Source: a bacterium (GTDB lineage: Bacteria > JACRDZ01 > JAQUKH01). Taken from it: a DNA stretch of 20,000 nt. The notes beneath the pieces are model-generated. The model was not told the DNA's origin. It worked only from the letters and a program-made list of their open reading frames with translations, and made no database searches. Each line of letters begins with the position of its first letter. Position 1 is the first letter of the stretch. Below, in pieces: positions 16,031 through 20,000 of this stretch. The stretch covers positions 55,082 to 75,081 of the forward strand of contig JAQUKH010000009.1 of the NCBI GenBank assembly GCA_028719205.1, in the 5' to 3' direction. A program made the translations under genes and the position numbers.

Positions 16031-16878
16031 TGTACATCAAAATAAACGGTAAATTTTACACAAAAGATAAAGCAAAAGTATCTGTTTTAGACCGTGGTTT
16101 TTTATATGGTGACGGTGTTTTTGAAACTATGAGGGTTTATAACGGTCATGTTTTTGCTTTAAATGAACATCTTGCAAGGTTGAGAAATTCGGCGAAGACA
16201 ATTTTATTGAAAATTATAAAGACTGACGAAGAAATAAAAAACGAGTTAATAAAGACTCTTAAAAAAAATAAATTAAAGAACGCTATTTTAAGAATATCTT
16301 TTTCACGGGGACGCGGCTGGGGATTGAATCTTAAAGGTGAGCTAAAACCATCAATGGTTATTCTATGCCGCGCGTTTCATCCTTATCCTGAGGAATTTTA
16401 TAAAAAGGGTGTCGATGTAATTATTTCAAAAAAAGTTGTTTCATATTCCGGGTCGGTTTTGAACCGTGTAAAGTCAACTAATTATATTCCTAATATTTTA
16501 GCTAAAAACGAGGCGGATGATACCGGCGCGTTTGACGCTTTAACGGTGGATGAAAAAGGGTATATACTGGAGGGGTCGGTCAGTAATTTTTTTATTGTAA
16601 AAAAAGGGGTTTTAATTACAGCCCCGTTAAAAACCGGAATATTGCCGGGAATAACCAGAGAGATCGTTTTGAAATTAGCCAAAATGTCAGGTATTAAGAT
16701 TGAAGAAAAAAAGTTTAAACCTGAACTGATTTATAAAGCGGACGAGGCATTTTTAACGAATACATCAATTGAAGTCTTGCCAGTTAAGATCGTTAATGGT
16801 AAAATAATAAATAAAGGGAGAATGGGTGGGGTTACTTTAAAATTACTTAATAAATTCAGGGATGCAGTAAAGGAGTAA
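16030..16878 (+). CDS. pabC: Class IV aminotransferase, probably 4-amino-4-deoxychorismate lyase
   Basis: DRGFLYGDGVFETMR, HLARL, KSTNY, EGSVSNFF, ILPGITR, ADEAFLTNT. Context with pabB; IlvE/Dat is not excluded. Confidence 0.72.
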   Translation: MYIKINGKFYTKDKAKVSVLDRGFLYGDGVFETMRVYNGHVFALNEHLARLRNSAKTILLKIIKTDEEIKNELIKTLKKNKLKNAILRISFSRGRGWGLNLKGELKPSMVILCRAFHPYPEEFYKKGVDVIISKKVVSYSGSVLNRVKSTNYIPNILAKNEADDTGAFDALTVDEKGYILEGSVSNFFIVKKGVLITAPLKTGILPGITREIVLKLAKMSGIKIEEKKFKPELIYKADEAFLTNTSIEVLPVKIVNGKIINKGRMGGVTLKLLNKFRDAVKE

Positions 16879-16882
16879 GCTT

Positions 16883-17530
16883 ATGAAAAATTTAAAAAGT
16901 AATTCAAAAGGTTATACGCTGATCCAACTGATTGTTGTTATCGCGATCTTGGGGATCCTGACAGCGGTAACGGTTCCGGTTTATTTAAATGCAAGAGGAA
17001 AAGCTCAGGATGCCTTAGCCGCTGCAACCCTTGAAGCAATGAAGACTTCTCTTGATATGTATGCGGCTCATAATGGATATTATCCGCAGAATGTTTATAC
17101 AGTGACAGAGTTATTAATTGCTTTAGGCCGGGATTTTCCAAATAATGTAAGATTTGACGGAAGCGCGGGTAGTTTAATCGCAGTTGCCACTAATTCAATG
17201 GGCAGCGGTTATTATATTTACGCGATCGGCAGGGATGAAAATCATTATTTCGGATTATCTAATAATAGCCCGATAGCAGGCCCGGATACTTTGTTTAATT
17301 GCAAGGTTTCAGTTGATATAAATAAACCGCTGATCGGGCGATTAGTCGCGTTATTAAAAGATCCAAATAGTGTTGTTCGAAATGGTGCCGTGAAAAAATT
17401 AGGAGAAATAAAAGATCCTCGCGCGATCGGGGCATTGTCTGAAATGCTTGAAGATAAAGATTCAACTGTTCAGGAAAGCGCGAAAAAGGCAATTATAGAA
17501 ATAAACGGGAATAATTTAGAAGAGAAATAA
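16883..17530 (+). CDS. Type IV prepilin/pseudopilin-like protein with C-terminal HEAT repeats
   Basis: KG|YTLIQLIVVIAILGILTAVTVP class III signal, GspG-like LDMY..HNGYYP, C-terminal LLKDPNSVVRNGAVKKLGEIKDPRAIGAL. Confidence 0.8.
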   Translation: MKNLKSNSKGYTLIQLIVVIAILGILTAVTVPVYLNARGKAQDALAAATLEAMKTSLDMYAAHNGYYPQNVYTVTELLIALGRDFPNNVRFDGSAGSLIAVATNSMGSGYYIYAIGRDENHYFGLSNNSPIAGPDTLFNCKVSVDINKPLIGRLVALLKDPNSVVRNGAVKKLGEIKDPRAIGALSEMLEDKDSTVQESAKKAIIEINGNNLEEK

Positions 17531-17554
17531 ATAAAAAATGAGGAGAAAAAAATA

Positions 17555-19120
17555 ATGGCTAAAATTAAAAGGGCGCTGATCAGTCTTTCAGACAAAAAAG
17601 GAATAGAAAAGTTTGCTATGGAACTTCATAAAATGGGAGTTGAAATAATATCAACAGGAGGGACGGAAAGCCTTTTAAAAAAGGCCGGAATTCCTGTAAA
17701 AAATATTTCTGAATTGACAGGTTTCCCGGAGATCCTTGACGGCAGGGTAAAGACACTTCATCCAAAAGTTCACGGAGCTCTGCTTGCCCGGCGAGGCCTT
17801 GCTGAACACATGGAGACCGTTAAAAAACACGATATAAAACTTATTGATATGGTTGTGGTAAATTTATATCCTTTTGAAAAGACGATTTCCAAACCGGGAG
17901 TCAAATTAGCCGAGGCGATAGAAAATATAGATATAGGCGGGCCGACGATGCTTCGTTCCGCGGCGAAAAATTATGAAGATGTGGCGGTAATTATTAATCC
18001 TGAACGTTATGACACTGTTATAGAAGAAATGAAGAAAAACGGCGGTTCTGTTTCACCTGAAACAAAATTTGAACTCGCGAAAGAAGTCTTTGCGCATACA
18101 AGCCGCTATGATACGATCATCAGCCGGTATTTGTCTTCTCTTGGCGCAATTCCGGAAAAATTTCCGGCAGAAAAAATAATTGTTATGAAAAAATTATACG
18201 GCCTTCGTTATGGTGAAAATTCGCATCAAAGCGCGGCGCTTTACGCGGAAAGCAATCCCCCGTCGGGAAGTTGGGCTACCGCAAAAAAACTTCAGGGAAA
18301 GGAATTATCATTCAATAATATCCTTGACCTGGAGGCGGCATGGAGATTATCTCTGGAATTTGATGAACCGGTTTCTGTTATAATTAAACATAATAATCCG
18401 TGCGGGACAGCGGTTGGCAAAAATATACTTGAGGCATTTAAATTGGCCCGGGCGACAGATCCTGTTTCTGCCTTTGGCGGGGTATTGGCTTTTAATCAGG
18501 AAGTAGATAAAGATTTAGCCTCGGAAATCATAACCGGTTTTGTTGAAGCGATCTCAGCTCCGTCTTTTACGGCGGAAGCGCTTGGAGTTTTTAAAAAGAA
18601 AGAGTCGATCAGGCTTTTGGAAATGGGCAGGGAAAAATTGAATCAGGAAAATGACCCGTATGATATTAAAAAAGTCGGAGGAGGCTTTTTGGTTCAGGAT
18701 AAAGATTGGGGTATGATCACTGAAAAAGACCTGAAGATCGTTACTAAGCGTAAACCTGCGAAGGAAGAAATTATGGGTTTGCTTTTCGCGTGGAAAGTTG
18801 CGAAACATGTTAAGTCCAACGCGATCGTTTTCACGTCAAAAAATCAGACGATCGGGGTAGGCGCGGGGCAGATGAGTCGTGTTGATTCGTGCAGGATCGC
18901 GGTTTTAAAGGCAAAAACAAGCGGCCTTAGCACAAAAGGTACTGTTGTCGGTTCCGACGCGTTTTTCCCGTTCAGGGACGGTGTGGATGAGATAGCAAAA
19001 GCAGGCGCGACAGCCATAATACAGCCCGGCGGATCATTAAAAGACAGCGAAACGATCGCCGCCGCGGATGAACACAACCTTGCGATGGTCTTCACCGGAA
19101 TGAGGCATTTCAGGCATTAA
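17555..19120 (+). CDS. purH: Bifunctional AICAR transformylase/IMP cyclohydrolase
   Basis: RALISLSDK, ISTGGT, GRVKTLHPKVHG, IDIGGPTMLRSAAKN, LRYGEN, KHVKSNAIV, SDAFFPF, MRHFRH. Confidence 0.98.
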   Translation: MAKIKRALISLSDKKGIEKFAMELHKMGVEIISTGGTESLLKKAGIPVKNISELTGFPEILDGRVKTLHPKVHGALLARRGLAEHMETVKKHDIKLIDMVVVNLYPFEKTISKPGVKLAEAIENIDIGGPTMLRSAAKNYEDVAVIINPERYDTVIEEMKKNGGSVSPETKFELAKEVFAHTSRYDTIISRYLSSLGAIPEKFPAEKIIVMKKLYGLRYGENSHQSAALYAESNPPSGSWATAKKLQGKELSFNNILDLEAAWRLSLEFDEPVSVIIKHNNPCGTAVGKNILEAFKLARATDPVSAFGGVLAFNQEVDKDLASEIITGFVEAISAPSFTAEALGVFKKKESIRLLEMGREKLNQENDPYDIKKVGGGFLVQDKDWGMITEKDLKIVTKRKPAKEEIMGLLFAWKVAKHVKSNAIVFTSKNQTIGVGAGQMSRVDSCRIAVLKAKTSGLSTKGTVVGSDAFFPFRDGVDEIAKAGATAIIQPGGSLKDSETIAAADEHNLAMVFTGMRHFRH

Positions 19121-19152
19121 AATACATAAATTAAATTATATTAATTGGATAA

Positions 19153-19190
19153 AATAAAAAATGCCCCGATAATATCGGGGCATTTTTATT
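19153..19190. terminator. Bidirectional intrinsic terminator
   Basis: AATAAAAAATGCCCCGAT-AAT-ATCGGGGCATTTTTATT between convergent genes. Confidence 0.85.
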
Positions 19191-19219
19191 AAATTAATCA
19201 TTACTATTAACATTACTGT

Positions 19220-19999
19220 TTAAGGTTTGGTTATATTAATCGTATTCCCGGCTAAAATATTATTAGTTTCATCAGATTCTTTTCTTGCATTGTTGTAATC
19301 AGCTATAGCTCCTATATAATATATACCGGCAGCCTTAGTTGAAGGTATTACAAAAGATTTTGTCACTGTACTTGACGCGCCCGCGGCAAGGCTTGCAATA
19401 GATGCCGTGCCTAACCGGGTATCTGATGTTGTGATGGTTGGATCTGTTGATATATATATTCCGGCAGTAGAAGTTGATATAGTTCCAACACCTTGATTTT
19501 TAACTGTGGCAGTTATAGAGATAGATGTTCCTGTAACACCGGATGCCGGGCCGCTTACAGCTGTTACGATAACATCAGCACCTGGTGTTATATCAATTGT
19601 ATTTCCGACCAGAGCATTATTAGTTTCATCAGATTCTTTTCTAGCATTATTGTAATCAGCTATTGCTCCTATATAATATGAGCCGGGCGCCAAAGTTGAA
19701 GATATCGCAAAAGTTGGGTTTACTGTGCTTGATGCTCCTGCGGCAAGGCTTGGAATAGATGCCGTACCTATTCGTGTATCTGATGTTGTGATGGTCATAT
19801 CCGTTGATAGATATAACCCGACATAAGAGGATGCCAGGGTTGCAACACCTTGATTTTTAACTGTGGCAGTTATAGAGATAGATGTTCCCGTAGCGCCTGA
19901 TGCCGGGGCGCTTACAGCAGTCATAATAGCATCAATACCTGATACTATATCGATCGCATTTCCTGTCAAAGCATTATTGGTTTCATCGGTCTCAGTACG
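19220..19999 (-). CDS. CARDB (Ig-like) repeat surface protein, C-terminal part (5'-partial)
   Basis: Frame is open to the window edge (RTETDETNNALTG...). Units D...TAVS.P...TVKNQG...YYIGAIADYNN..KESDETNN repeat with a 357-bp period (19261/19618/19975). Confidence 0.88.
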   Translation of the reverse strand, partial: RTETDETNNALTGNAIDIVSGIDAIMTAVSAPASGATGTSISITATVKNQGVATLASSYVGLYLSTDMTITTSDTRIGTASIPSLAAGASSTVNPTFAISSTLAPGSYYIGAIADYNNARKESDETNNALVGNTIDITPGADVIVTAVSGPASGVTGTSISITATVKNQGVGTISTSTAGIYISTDPTITTSDTRLGTASIASLAAGASSTVTKSFVIPSTKAAGIYYIGAIADYNNARKESDETNNILAGNTINITKP

Positions 20000-20000
20000 A

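Overview
AT-rich bacterial chromosomal window, standard genetic code. Housekeeping genes (tex 3' end, two tandem hsp20, ABC-F uup, GIY-YIG, gpmI-rsmD-coaD-pgsA-pgpA, moeA-pabB...pabC, purH) are interleaved with exported repeat proteins (HEAT, NHL propeller, ~19-repeat ankyrin, pilin-HEAT fusion, CARDB repeats). The main unannotated signal is at least three families of short palindromic REP-like elements. They sit between genes, have been absorbed in frame into uup, rsmD and moeA, and bracket two apparent cargo insertions as direct repeats (the ankyrin gene between pabB and pabC, and an antitoxin-like gene). Two small ORFs are missing from the ORF track: a 36-aa C3H zinc-finger miniprotein (4669-4779, -) and an 18-codon probable toxin remnant (891-947, -). 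One Hsp20 carries a signal peptide. No CRISPR array, tRNA, rRNA or transposase was seen. Family names are from recall of motifs; no database searches were run.
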